Position numbers and translations under genes: made by a program
Part shown: positions 37,285-51,489 of the stretch, piece after piece
Position numbering within the stretch: the stretch's first letter is position 1
How the letters are laid out: each line of letters begins with the position of its first letter
From: the human T2T-CHM13v2.0 reference genome, Homo sapiens
Assembly (NCBI RefSeq): GCF_009914755.1
Contig: NC_060925.1
Direction: 5' to 3' (one strand)
DNA length: 64,000 nucleotides
The notes under the pieces: model-generated
The model's input: the letters and a program-made list of their open reading frames with translations, nothing else
Database searches by the model: none
What the model was told of the DNA's origin: nothing

Positions 37285-37398
37285 GCCTTGTCCACAGCAC
37301 CAAGATCACAGTAGCTCTTGTTAGAAATGCAGAGTCTCAGGCCCCTCCAGGCACCATCTCCAGGTTATTAACATGCACAGTAAAGTTCGAGAACAACT
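37285..37398 (+). mobile_element. MER5-like fragment, internally deleted
   Basis: cttgttagaaatgcagagtctcaggcccc...aaagttcgagaacaact. Confidence 0.6.
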
Positions 37399-38619
37399 TT
37401 GGAAGGAGGAAACTGCATTGGCCGATGGGTTTCAGGAATCAGATTGAGTGTTCCTGGGTGCAGAACACCTACTATTGGATTTAGTTGATCCAGTTACTGA
37501 GCAGGCCCAGAGAAACCCTTTGCTTCTCTTGCATGGTTCTAACGGAACACAGTTAATAAGTCCTTCAACAGCTGGAGCTATTTTGCAATCAAGGACCAAC
37601 ATAAAAAGACAGCAGGCCAGGCACGAAGGCCAGCCTGCCAGAGCTGTTGGATTAGAGCTCCTAACACAGCCTAAGAGAAAGTACTAGTTGTTCCTTCTGA
37701 CTTTATTAAACTTTTGTGTGGTGGCAAAGTTTGTTTGAACTTCACTAAATCCTCCAAATAAAAGACTAGCTTAGACCATCTGGTTCACTAAGATGAAATA
37801 ATTTAATTCAGAGGAAGCAATTGTCAATCACTGTTTTAGAATAGTTAAGAATGGAAACTCTTGGTCCCACCTGTTCTGTTTCCCTCCTGAAAGTATTTTT
37901 TTCCCAACAACTTTGAGTGGAGAATTCAACTAGGGAAATTAGTTTTATTTCTACATCTTGCTTTGGGTATCTGATTCTACCTCATTTCATCCTAATGTAG
38001 TGCTTCCTTCAAAATTTACTGCTTTCTTCCCCTGAACTTTGTTTTCACTATTTTGTCTACATTTCTCCTGTCTCTGGATTTCTCCTTTATTTCTTTCTTC
38101 CTGTTTCAGCCTGTGATACTTTGGGGTTCTCTTCATCATATTTAATACTCCTCCCAAAATCTTTCCCTGTTTTTCTTTCCCATTAGTCTCAGACCCACAG
38201 ATATATCTGAAAAGCATTTATTAAAATGTCCAAAAAGGCACTTCTATTGAGATCTATATCCTGATGTAATTTTTTATAATTGTGTGCCTATATCCAAGAA
38301 ACCCAATTTGTAATTTCTATCCTGTTACTTCCCCAGACTCCAGAGCTTTGGGGCTACTTTCGCAGGTTATATCCTCATTTGAATCTTTCTGTGACTGAGC
38401 AAGAATCAACATCGTTCACTGTGCTTTGGAGCTCTTGGTCCAGAGTTCCCAGATGATCACAGGAACAAGTCCCACAAGTCTGTCAAGTGGCTCATTTTTC
38501 TTGTCTGAAAAGGGAGGTATGTGCCACCTCCACATCCTCATGGAAATAAGAGGGCTAACGAGGGGGCAACAAAGGCTCTGAGCTTTTTCTCCATGGGGAT
38601 GAATGCCCTGAGCCTAAAA

Positions 38620-39080
38620 TCACGTTGAATGCCACACTGCCCTTCTGCTCCTCCCTACTCCTGTCTCATCTCCTTGTGCCCTTGCTGAACCAGGTGCTTC
38701 AGCACATGGAATCTTTATAGCTCCCTAAGCATGCCAGATTGTTCCATCCTGCTCATGTCTGTGTGTGCTTGTCCTTCTGTGGGATAAGCTTCCCCCTTGG
38801 CTGTGCTAGCCATCTTCTGAGATCTCCTTTCAGCAGCCTTCCTTGATTTCCCCAGGTGAGGCTCACCACCCTGGCTTTGTAACTCCTCTGTTCACTATAC
38901 ATTCCTTTATCATTGCATCTGCTGCCTACTTGGGGTATTTACTTACGTTGTGTGTGTTTTTCAAATGTATTTCTGTCTGCCCCATTAAACATAAGGTTTT
39001 TGGAGTTAAAGATTTTGACTAAGTCACGTCTGTGTTTTTAGTGCCTGGTTTGGCAAATGATTGTGAAATAAATGAATGCA
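38620..39080 (+). mobile_element. L2 fragment
   Basis: agccttccttgatttcccc...tagtgcctgg...aataaatgaatg. Confidence 0.6.
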
Positions 39081-39124
39081 TGGCCTTTGAGACCAAGCTA
39101 CATTTCTAAAAAGTATTTTGGATA

Positions 39125-39600
39125 AGGCTCTTGGGTTGCAAGCAACAGAAACAAACTTGATTATGCAAAAAGGAGGAAGTTTATTATAAGAATTCCAGGA
39201 CATCTCATGGAGCCCAAGGTTAGGAATTTAGCCAGGATGTAGGATGAGAATGGACCTGAAAACTCCCTAAAAAGCAGGGATCTGATTTCTCATTTCTGCT
39301 CTGATTTATTCATCTGCCTTTTCCTCCTCCTCCTCTTTATTTTTTCTCTCCTTTCTTTCCTCTCCTCTCTCTCCTCTCCTCTCTCTCCTTATGGGTTTCT
39401 CTGCTTCTCAGATAACAGGAAGAGACTATATGTTACATGTCTTGGCTTCTACAGAGTCTGATAAATGCTCCCTTGATTCCCACTCTAAATACCCAGTAGA
39501 GAATTTGGTTGGCCCAGCTGGGGTCAAGTGTCCTGCTCTGGATTAATCATCTGTAGCCTGGGGGAGTAACAGAAATTCCCAGAGAACAGGGCAAGAACTG
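39125..39600 (-). mobile_element. Old MaLR LTR (MLT1J/K/L-like)
   Basis: ggttgcaagcaacagaaac...ggttggcccagctggggtcaagtgtcc. Confidence 0.65.
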
Positions 39601-40650
39601 GCACCTCCCAAATGTGACCAGGATGATTACCTAATTGGAGAGTAATTTAAATGCCAAATTGGAGATGAGTTCAAATGGCTAAGCTATATATATTAAACAA
39701 TGATTTTTGTAACCACATATAACAATAAATTTTATTAAAACATGTGCCTCTAAAGTTAATTTTCACAGGCATTTGGGGGTTCTTATAATTTTTAATGTGG
39801 TTCTTTGTGTTGATCTTTAAGTCCTTGATAATCACTTCTTAACATTTTTCTAGAAAAATATGAAGTAATACGCCACCTAAGGCCTATATTACTTATTTTA
39901 TAGAAGTGTGGTAACTGTGGGTGTCTGGTATTCTTAGAACTGTTTGTTAAAGTTCTCACTTAAAAATTCACGGAAAACCTTCAAGCCAGGTCACTGCGCG
40001 ATATTGGTTGTGATAGAAGACAACACAAGGACTTTATTGACACACTGACTTTCAGCTAATTTTTAAAGGAAAACAGTATGTCTTTGTCCACAAATTATGT
40101 TTTCATTTTCTTTCCAAATCTTTTATTCTATGGATTCCCACAAAGTGTAATCCCTGTCTAAAAGATGGCCGTTTTAATCTTTGTTCTCTGGAGGTTGGGG
40201 GACTGAGTGTATATTAACAATTGCTGATAGGATATCACAAAGCCTTCTGGGTCTGTGGCCTCGAATCGCAGTGTGCTTGGAGATGTTTGGACAATCTCCC
40301 AACTAGCGAAAATGATACTTTCACAAATAGAAGGGCTGTAATAAAAGGTGAGATGGGATCATCTATTGAGAGGTTTTCTTTTGGAACTTAGCCTTGCTGT
40401 ATGTAGCTGAATGGAGCAGTAAATAAACAATTATATACCTTCAACCTCTGTTATTTTTGAATACTACCAGTGGATGTCCATTGTTCTTCAATGATGGATA
40501 CTGGATTTTCAAAGTCATATTGTCTTACATGTAATTCTCCATTATAAGCATAATTATTATTTACAACTCGCCAGAAACAGGACTGGGAATAGACCTAGTA
40601 CGTAAGTGTTGTTGATGTTTCTGTTATTGGTTCACAATGCAAAGAATGGT

Positions 40651-40694
40651 ACAACAACAACAACAACAACAACAACGTTAACAATGACAACAAT
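40651..40694. repeat. (CAA)n microsatellite
   Basis: acaacaacaacaacaacaacaacaac with a degenerate extension. Confidence 0.9.
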
Positions 40695-41009
40695 GCATTT
40701 CCAACAGTGCTTTATACTTTGGAGATCGTCCTAATGATATCATGAACATGAAAGCACTCTGTAATTCTACAAATCCTAGTCTTCTGTATTACTATCAATG
40801 ATCTTTTGCTTCATTTAGGTCATTTGTATGTTACAGATGATGTTGTAGGAAATTTGGAAGGCAACGAAAACATTGGTCTCTGCTTTCAAGGAAGTTCAAT
40901 TTTACCTAAGGATGTAGGAAAAATAGAAAAAATATAAAAACATCATGAACTTGTGAGATATAATCTATATGTTTGGCGTGTGTTCAGAAGAGATGAGGGA
41001 TCAGGAGAG

Positions 41010-41135
41010 ATCTAGAATATAAGTTCCATGAGGTCAGGGAATTTTTTTACTCACTCCCATATCCTTGTCACCTAAAACAATTTGTGGAGTAAAATAGGTG
41101 CTCAATAAACATTTGATGATTGTTTAATGAATGAG
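41010..41135 (+). mobile_element. L2 3' end
   Basis: ctagaatataagttccatgaggtcaggga...taggtgctcaataaacatttg. Confidence 0.8.
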
Positions 41136-41233
41136 GAAACACTTAAGCATTGAAAGATGGATATACTTTGTATATGTGGAGAATAGAGGGGAGGGAATCT
41201 AAGTAGTAAGAGAAAACCATATATAGAAAAATA

Positions 41234-41507
41234 GTAATCCCAGCACTTTGGGAGGCTGGGGTGAGTGGATCACTAGATCTCAGTAGTTCAAGACCAGCCT
41301 GGGCAACATGGTAAAAACCCATATCTAAAAAAAAAAAAAAAAGAAGAAGAAGAAAAATTAGCCAGGTGTTGTGGCACATGCCTACGGTTCCAGCTGCTTG
41401 GGAAGCTGAGATGGGAGGATCACTTGAGCCTTGGAGGCAGAGGTTGCAGTGAGCTGAGATGGTGCTAGCCTAGGTAATAGAGTGAGACTGTTAAAAAAAA
41501 AAAAAAA
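41234..41507 (+). mobile_element. AluJ, 5'-truncated
   Basis: Begins gtaatcccagcactttggg; J-type gggaggatcacttgagcc; A-tail. Confidence 0.9.
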
Positions 41508-41719
41508 GGAAAAATGGGCAATGAATAATATCTGGAGGAAAATCAGTATTGAAGGAGCAATTGTTTTGCAGTGACGCATGGAATGGCTCATAGACTGGAA
41601 ACAGCAGACAGTGGAAGAACAGTTGGGAGCCTGTCAAAATAATCCCACATCGAATCGACTAGTATATCCTTTTAGTTTATCCTCTCATATACCTCCAGGT
41701 TGCACCAACATCTCTCCGT

Positions 41720-42615
<896 letters not shown>

Positions 42616-42709
42616 GGCTGACTGAGGGTTGGATCAGTGACGGTGACACTAGGAACGTGAAGGATGAGATGGTTGCATGCAGCTTTGGGAAGATGATCAG
42701 TGCTGTGCA

Positions 42710-43245
42710 CAGGAAGGAACGTGGTTTTGGTGTCAGAAAACCAGGATTTGAGTCCTCACTTTTCTACCAGTTGACATAAATTATTTTGAATCATTTCCTT
42801 AGCTATTTTTAGTCTCCATATCCTAACTTTTAAATGGAAACAATACCTACCCCCAAAAGCAGTGAAAATGAATGAATGTACACGGAAGTGCTTTTTAAAA
42901 ATATAAAGCTCTTTAAAAATGTATCATTTTATAGCCAGAAATGATATTAGAGAGAATTTTGTCAGAACTCTGGCTTTATGGATCAAGAAGACGAGACTAA
43001 GTGAAATTAAATGACTTGTCCAAACTCACCTCCCTGCTTAATAAAAATACGAATAATGATAATGATATTAACATTTGTGAACACTTATTATATACCAGTT
43101 GCTTCACCAATATGTTCCTACCTTACCTAATTTTTGCATCAATTGATGAAGCAGAAATTATTTCTATTTTATAATTAAGGAAACTTGTTAAGGAGCTCAG
43201 GGAAGAATAGAGTTGGGACCAGAGCTTAGCTGTTCTGGCTTCCTG
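42710..43245. mobile_element. Cluster of degenerate MIR fragments
   Basis: + strand copy about 42710-42920; - strand copies about 42950-43030 and 43050-43245. Confidence 0.55.
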
Positions 43246-44157
43246 TTTTGTGACAGACTGTTCAATTCCCTCACTGCGGGGAGAGGGAAGAACCAGGCAC
43301 GCCTTCAAGTTTCCAAGCTTGGATTGGCCACTGTCGGAGTTAGCTGAGGAACTCAAGGTGGGAAGAATCAGTTTTATCTTTGTGAAGATAAAACTGTGAT
43401 ATTTTAATAGAACTAATTTTTGATGAAATTATTGAAGTTTTCAGAGAAAGAAAGACAACCCTTGGGAGTTATTTAACTGGCATTTCTAGTTCTTGTGTGG
43501 GTTTTACTTCCACTTGTGGATGAGAAGAATAGAAGTGTTTATTATTGTGAGGTTCCTGTAACAAGACATTTTACAATATGAAATTTATAATTGTATTGCC
43601 ATATTCAGTATAAAATGCAAGTAAATCTTGATTGTGAGTGAAGGAAAGGATAGTATGTTATTTTAAAAAGTACCACCTTTTTATCACAATACTGCAAGTA
43701 TAGTTTCTAGCTTCCTCAATGATAGGACCCTATGTTCCTGCTCTCTCCCTTTTTCTCGTTCCTTTCTCCCTCTCTCCTTTCTTTTTTCTTCTATTTCTTC
43801 TTTATGTATCTTATCCAGTATGATTTTCTTCACCCAAAATGTGCCAGGCTGGTGCTAGGAGTAGCTATGAGCATTTCACTCATGTTGCCTTTCGGGGATA
43901 TGGTGGGTGTTTCACAGCAGGAAGTGTTGCTGGGGGTTAGTAGCCTGGGAGTTCACTCACGCAACAGATATTTACTGGACTCAAATATTCTGTACAGTGA
44001 TTAAAGAGGAAGGCAAAGCACAAGGTAAATAAAGGAGATGAGGGCAGATGAAGGGGTGGAATGGGAAATGGATGATAACCTTTTCCGCCCTGCAAACTAC
44101 CACTGTACAGCGCAGTGCAAGAAGCCCTGCTCTCTGGTTTTCTAGTAGTAACCTCTA

Positions 44158-44390
44158 TAACAATAGCTAAATCTTACTCCCATGGGCCAGGCATTGTACC
44201 ATGTGCATTTTAATTATCATAATGACTTTATATCATGGGTCTGATTTACTACTCTAATGTGTCAAATGAACACATGAGGAAATGGAGGCACAGAGAGTTT
44301 AAGCCCAGTTGGCCCAACTAACAAGTGTTGCAGGGAGAGATTTGAACCTAGGTAATCTGACACCTGAGCCCATGCTTGTAACCCTGTTCT
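44158..44390 (-). mobile_element. MIR
   Basis: taacaatagctaa...gccaggcattgt...atgaggaaatggaggcacagagagtttaag...atttgaacctaggtaatctgac. Confidence 0.8.
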
Positions 44391-44443
44391 ATGTTGCCCT
44401 GGGTACAAACCACATCCCTGAGCATCAAGAATATACTGGTCCT

Positions 44444-44938
<495 letters not shown>

Positions 44939-46244
44939 TCATTATTCACCCAGCCTTTGATTTGAGAGAGTGATGTGTAGAGGGGGCTGTTGGGTGGCTT
45001 CCTCCTGCCAGATTCTCTGGCTATATTTAAAGCCATGTTTGTGCATTAATATTTTATACTTAGCTAAATTGCGTGCATTGCATTTAAGGCCAGGTTTGCC
45101 TTGTTTAAAAACATCCAAATTGGGATTAAGTATTCAAGCTGTAATCTCTTTAGTGGGCGTCTGTCTACTGGATTTGTATGATATAAAGAGGGTTATTGAA
45201 ATACTGTAACTTTAATATTTTTTATCCTGTAGATAGAAATGAGTTCTAAATGAATTTAGAAACTAGGAAAGACAAAGAACAGAGCAGCCTGCATTATTTT
45301 TCAGACTAGTTATAGTAGAGACCACATCTGTGTAAGCTTCTCCATCCAGATTCTTCCTTTCAAGCAGTCTTATGCTATGCTCCTTGGTGCAGGACAGTAA
45401 CTGCCCTTGGGGTCTCTGATATCTCCCTTCTCCCTGTCGCAATGGTGTTGTTCGAAGCTGACAGAGTTTCCCTTACTCTTTACCCCTGGGCTGCCAGAGA
45501 ATTTGATTCATCCAAATTTAGACTATTTCCAGGAATGAGGCAGGGGTAGGGTGGAGTGGGGGTTAGGATGAGTGTCACGAAATTTACATATTTGTATCTA
45601 ATTGAAGAGTGTGCAGCTCTAGTTAGTATTCTGCAAATATTGAATATGAATAATCAGATAAGACATGTAATAGTATAAAGAAACCAATAAATTTTAGTTT
45701 TGTGGTACATTAAAATAAAATTCAGATAAAAATTTTAAATCATAGCATATCCAGAATAACCATTTGATAGCTATATATAAATCTATTTTAGAGATGTGCA
45801 AGCACAAATTATGGAATGCCAGGGCAAGTTGATTTAGGCTGTTTTTTCTCTAATATAAATAATGCAGAGTGCCGCAAATATTCAAATACACTTAACTGAA
45901 CATAATTAAAATATTGGAATATATTTTAAAAATAAATAATTAAGTAGTTAGAAGTATCTGCAATACTAATTCAAAGTGATAGTCATATGGTGATTATATT
46001 ATGCAGTTTACCCAGCACTTTTGCTTTAAAGTGCAATAATAAAACTTGCATTTAATAAAAATTATGATTCTGTAATATTTGAGGATATGGGCAGATTATA
46101 TGTCAAGTACAAAACACCACCCTTGTCTCTCTGATCCACCAACAGATGGACTGAGAACAATTTTCAGCTAAGCTGAGCAGCTTGCCTGCTGAGACATTGT
46201 TTTCACCCATTATCACGTTTTTTAATGCCATGGGGGAATTTTTG

Positions 46245-46980
46245 TTTGCCTGTCTCCCTTTCTAAATAGTCAGCTCCTTGAGGGTAGAGACCTCTATGTA
46301 TCTTTGTATACTCATTGCTGAGTACAATGCTGGTGAGTAGTAGGTGCTTAATAAATATTGCTAAATTAATGAATCCAAGGGTGAATGTTTGTGCCCTTCA
46401 GCTCCAGGTATTTGCCTCTTGCTCTTCCCTCTGTCTGGAAAGCTCTTTTCTCTTACCTCCTGCAGTCTTTGTTCAAATGCCACCTTCTCCATGAGGCTTT
46501 CTCTGACTATTCTATTGTAAATAAAATTGAGCCCCCACCCATTCCCCCCCACCACATACTCTCAAGCTCCAGTGGAATTACTACAGAAGATACTTGTTAT
46601 TTACTTGCTGGTTTTGTATATTACCTATCACTCTCACTAAAAAATGTAAGTTCCATGGAGGTAAAGGAGAGGAGGGCCAGGATGTGAGAGGAGAGGTTCT
46701 GGGGAAAGAATGTGCCTTCTTGTAGCCCCCTCGTTAGACTTGGGAAGACATAGCCCAACTGAAGACTCCATTCTCAAGCTAAGGGAAAGCTTATCTTTCC
46801 TTCTGCCCAGCAACCGCATCAGTTTACTATCAGTCATCTCAACTGCTCTTGCTTTCTTCAGCTTTCAACCCTCCGCAGTCTGTTTGCTGCTGTATCCCCA
46901 GCCCTCAGCACAGTGTTTGATTTAGTAGATGTTCAATAGTACTTTGTTGTGGGAACAAATAAATAAATGAGTGATTTGAA
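46245..46980 (+). mobile_element. Two L2 3' fragments; the second is interrupted at 46669-46883
   Basis: gtaggtgcttaataaatattg; ccctctgtctggaaagctct...ttcaaatgccaccttctcc...tgtaagttccatggagg, then ctgctgtatccccagc after the insert. Confidence 0.8.
46669..46883 (+). repeat. Local direct duplication, copy 1
   Basis: Co-linear with 48357-48564; for example tttactatcagtcatctcaactgctcttgct is identical in both. Confidence 0.95.
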
Positions 46981-47464
46981 GGTGGGGAAAAGGGCATTGC
47001 CTTGAAGGTATAAGTTGAATAAATGTGACTGTAGCCTATGTTTAGTGATTTGGGGTTCACAGAATAGATGAGGCACACTTGCATAGCTTTCTGCCTCACC
47101 TGCCAAATGGCTCCTCAAGTGGAGATGGGCATTTTTATTTACTCAAAATGCTTGTGCAATGTTCCATCGACTCTATGATCTCCTCTGGAGATCTGAGTCT
47201 GCACTGAAGCCTTGGCCCAGATGAATAACACTTAATTCATCTATTCAGGACAGTATGGAGCCTTCCTGGGGACTTCATTCACTAGCCTCCTCCTCTAGCT
47301 GTTTATTGTCCCTGCCCTTGTCTTGTGACCCTCCCCACACCCGTAACTCCCTTATAGCCTTGAGTCCTCATTGCAGCATTATCCTTGTCCCACACCCACA
47401 GATCTGGAAGCATTAAGTCCTGTCAAAAATTCTGAGTCTGTTGCCTTTGTGTGACCTTAAGCAA

Positions 47465-47935
47465 CAGGGTAGATTAGAGATGGTTGCAAATTTCTAGTTA
47501 CTCTCTTTTTTTCAGAGGTGCTGTTGCATTTAGGCTGGTTTTGTGACTGGCTTTGACCAGTAGAATATGGTGGACATGCTGTCATGCCAGTTCCAGACTA
47601 GGCTTTAAGATGACTGGCAGCTTCTGCTTCCTTCTCTTCACAGCCCTGATCCCCCATGTAAGAAGTCTGGCTTTTCTGCTGGAGAGGGAGGGGCCTTACA
47701 ACTACATAAAAAGAGAGTTAAGTCCTGGACTTCAGCATCCCAGCTGCACCCAGCCTAGTGGCTGTCCCTTGCACCAGTCATGTGAGTGACATTTAAGAGA
47801 TTCAAGTGAGACCGTTGGGAAGAAATGTCTAGCTGAGTCCTAGTCAATCCACAAAATTGTAAGAAATAATCAATTATTGTTTTAATCCACTAAGTTCTGG
47901 GGAAGTTTGTTATACAGTAACAGACAACTGAAATA
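47465..47935 (+). mobile_element. MLT1 (H/I-like) solo LTR inserted in a MIR
   Basis: tgtgactggctttgaccagtagaat...ccactaagttctggggaagtttgttatacag...; flanked by agcaa/ggcaa; the MIR core gtgtgacctt...gcaagttat continues across it. Confidence 0.8.
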
Positions 47936-48356
47936 GGCAAGTTATACAACCTCTTTGAGCCTTTATGTTCTTCTCTAGAAAATGAAAACAGTTATCTCTA
48001 CTTTGAGGGGCTGCTATGAGGCTGTAGGTAAGGCACCTAAGACAGCACCTGGAAAACATAATCATTAGTAAATATCAGTTTCCTTCCTTTTCCCTTCCCT
48101 GCGCAGGGCTGTAAGCTCCGGGCTTATCCTCCCAATTTTACTACTCATCAAAAACTTCCCTCTCCCTGCCCAGCCCATTTCCTTTTACAATTTGTTCTGA
48201 GGAAGACAACTTGAAAAACTCATCCCAGAGGATAACGGACAACAGCTTCATTTGTTAGTGCTTCAGGGCAATCTGTACTTAGGAGAAAGCCTGGTAAAGC
48301 ACAGATCTTTTTCCCAAGGATTGAAACTTTCAGCAGATTCCAGGCACAGTGACAGG

Positions 48357-48564
48357 GAGGAGGGCTGGGATGTGAGAGGAGAGGTTTGGGGGAAAGAATA
48401 TACCTTCTTGTAGCCCCTCATTAGCCTTAGGAAGAGATAGCCCAGTTTAAGACTCAAGCTAAGGAAAGCTTATCCTTCCTTCTACCCAGTAACCACATCA
48501 ATTTACTATCAGTCATCTCAACTGCTCTTGCTCTTTCCTTAGCTTTAAACCCTCCACAATCTGT
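48357..48564 (+). repeat. Local direct duplication, copy 2 (probable donor)
   Basis: Co-linear with 46669-46883. Confidence 0.95.
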
Positions 48565-50819
48565 GCATTTTTGCAAAGTGTTGCAGAACCGGAAAGGAAG
48601 ACAAACTTCATTTTACAACTAGCCCTCAAGTCTTCAGTTGTGAAGCCGAGAATTTTTTTTTTTTTTCCAGAGTGAAACGGAGGAAGAAATGGAAGAGGCT
48701 TGGGGTTGAAAATGACCCACCAAGCCACAACTGATTTGCTTATTTTTTTCCCCAGGCAGATTTTCTCTGATGTATGGCTGAGGAGGACTTTGGGAGAGCA
48801 TGCACAGGGACATATCTACTTGGTAACCACTGACTTTTTTTTTTTTTTTAATTGTTCAGGGATACTGTTTCTGCTTCGGAGAATATACATAATATTTTTT
48901 CAATTCCCACCCCCATTTTTATAAAACTGATAGAAAAATATTAAAGAAAACTTTCCCATACCCCCAAAAGAAAAATAATTCCCTTGATAAGGATCAAGAT
49001 TTATTTTCAAGTTAAGTCAATGGTATTCAAATCTGATATGAAACAGGTTGTTTCCAACGTTGATTCTTTCTTCTGCTAGTGGGAGGGATGCATAACATGG
49101 AGAGATGAAATTCCCAGCAAATACCACAAACTTAGTGTACTTTTTTTTTTCAGTCAAAACTCTTAACAGGACGTATAGTAATGATGATCGAGGAAATTGG
49201 GAATAGTAAAAGAGTGGAAAACAAAAGGAAACATTAAAATCATTACGTAAAAGAACAGATTGTAAAAGGTCTGGATAATGCACCAACTACATAATTGGTC
49301 ACTAAATAATAGTAAACTGGTTATTTCTAAAAGCATGTTTTTATAACTGTTCATAGTAGAGAAAGGAGTACAAAAGGTAATTGTTTAAGATCTCTTCAGA
49401 TTACAGAAGAGTATTTTTGTTTTTGAACTCATAGTTCAGATCAAGCTATCAGGCTAAGAAAAAGGGATATTTTATTGGTTTCTTCCAAACTTTGATTAAT
49501 CGAATTTATAATGGTTTGGGGATATGTGTGTGGTGAAGGTTGATGGCTTTCTCATTAACCTTATGGTCATTGAGTAAATAGAAGCTGCAGCCTTTTCATT
49601 TCCTTGCCTTCAGCAATGTAAAAATCCTGTCCTGTTATCTGAGTGTGATAAGGGAGTTAGGGTAACTGGGTTTAAGTCCTGGGACTTTTCCACTTAATTT
49701 TTTGGTGTGCCCATTTGATCATCTATGATGTGGAAATAATAATAATTCTGTCCACACCTACCCCAGGGAGATAATGTCTGCATAAAAACGCAACACACTT
49801 GAAAGGGGTGAGTCTTGCCATAAGAACCATCCTGTGGCTGGTGGCTGTCCCTGTCACCAATTAATATGGAAAGATGCTAGGTGGAAGCTGGCCACATAAA
49901 GTAGCCTTTCTACTTTCAACTGGGCCTTCTAAGAGCTTTCATTCTGCCACATGGCCTAGTTAGAACAGCCTGCCCAGTCAACGATGAGTTTTCCTTAGAA
50001 CTACAGTGATTAATTCTAATTGGGTGGATGGCTCAATTTTTGTCAAAAAGAGATATTTCAAAATAAATCATTTCTTTTGGCCTTTGGAGATTGTGAAGGC
50101 ACATAATCCAAAGCTTGAAAGATATTAATTTTAAATTAGAAAAATAATACAAATGCATGTAAAGAATGGTAAAGTGGGGAGTGCTATAAGATAACAAGCC
50201 ACTCATAGGTAATAACTGTTAAAAGTGTTTAACTCTTTAGTTCTTGTCATAGTTACTGTTACAACTTCAAGTAGTGTACTTCTACCCACTAATTTATCAA
50301 CTTTAGATCTATTGACTCCTTGCTATGCAACATGAAGTTAGATTAATTTACTTACACTTCCTTGTAATTCTTCTCTTTTTCTCCCAATTTTGATTAATTA
50401 TGTCATTTTCACATTGTTAAAGTTTACATTTACATTTTTGGTGATTATATGTTTTCTGTACTGAGTTCATAGTTTGACTTAAAAAATTAAAAAACAGTCC
50501 TATGGTTATGAAATATTATTCACTACACAACCCATGAGTCTGTGTTTGGGTCTAAAGAATAAAAAATGAATCCTGGGTCACCATCGTATTTCCCTCAAGT
50601 GAGAATTCTGAGTGTTAAGGTCAAAGGGATTCTTTTAAAGTGCCTTTTTAGCTGTATTCATGTCTTCTGGCTAAACTGGACTCTTTTTAAAAAATCTCTC
50701 ATGTTGTCTATCTTTGACTTCTTTGTTTGTTTGCTTTTCTGAGTAATTTTTCACATAGAATTGATAATGGCAAACTTTTTAGCCTTTGCAGTTTTTCAGA
50801 TATCTTTATTTTATCCCAT

Positions 50820-50820
50820 T

Positions 50821-50855
<35 letters not shown>

Positions 50856-50866
50856 CACACACACAC
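50820..50866. repeat. (TC)n(CA)n compound microsatellite
   Basis: Read directly. Confidence 0.92.
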
Positions 50867-50874
50867 CATTTAGT

Positions 50875-51489
50875 TGTTTCAGGGCTCAGAACACAATATC
50901 TCAAAATGTGGCGCTGTGGCATGCTGAGTACTTTGAACTGAAAGAGAAAGGAGAACTTCAGAAGCAAGGCCTTCCTGATCTCCCCACTCCCTTTTCTCCT
51001 TCTCTCATTCTCCCCAGAGATGGGTCATAAGAAACTAGAATTCCTCTTCCCCAAAGCAAGCCATAAAACCTAGAAAAATCACTCTCCAAAGTACCTCTTC
51101 TGAAAGTAGGTCATAAGGTCTTCATGTGACACATGTCCTACTCCATACCTGGAGGTAAGAAATGCTACACAGGCAGGCCAAGAAGAATCTGAACAAACAG
51201 GCCTTGTGGGGTTCCTCTCTCAGTTTGTTACCATTTGATCATACCCTTTTTGTCCAGTCATGTTTCTCCACAACTAGCCACTTCTTTTATCAGACTCAGC
51301 ATAAAAAAAATACAGTTTTCCCTGAATTTTCAGGGAAGATTCAGGGAAAATCTGGAGGCTCCTATACCACATAAAACTTTATTGAATAAATTTGTTATGT
51401 TTTCCTCCTGCTAACCTGTCTTTTGTTATAGGAGTGTCTGCCATGATCCTTGCGATGGGTGAAGAAAAATATTACCTTTCCCTCCTACA
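50875..51489 (+). mobile_element. MER31-like solo LTR (ERV1)
   Basis: TG...gggctcagaacacaatatctcaaaatgtggcgctgtggcatgctgagtactttgaact...aataaa...cctcctaCA; agttg at both junctions. Confidence 0.8.

Noticed and set aside
45620-45972. Possible TIR pair around an AT-rich block
   Set aside because: The match is short and gapped in AT-rich sequence, with no TSD.
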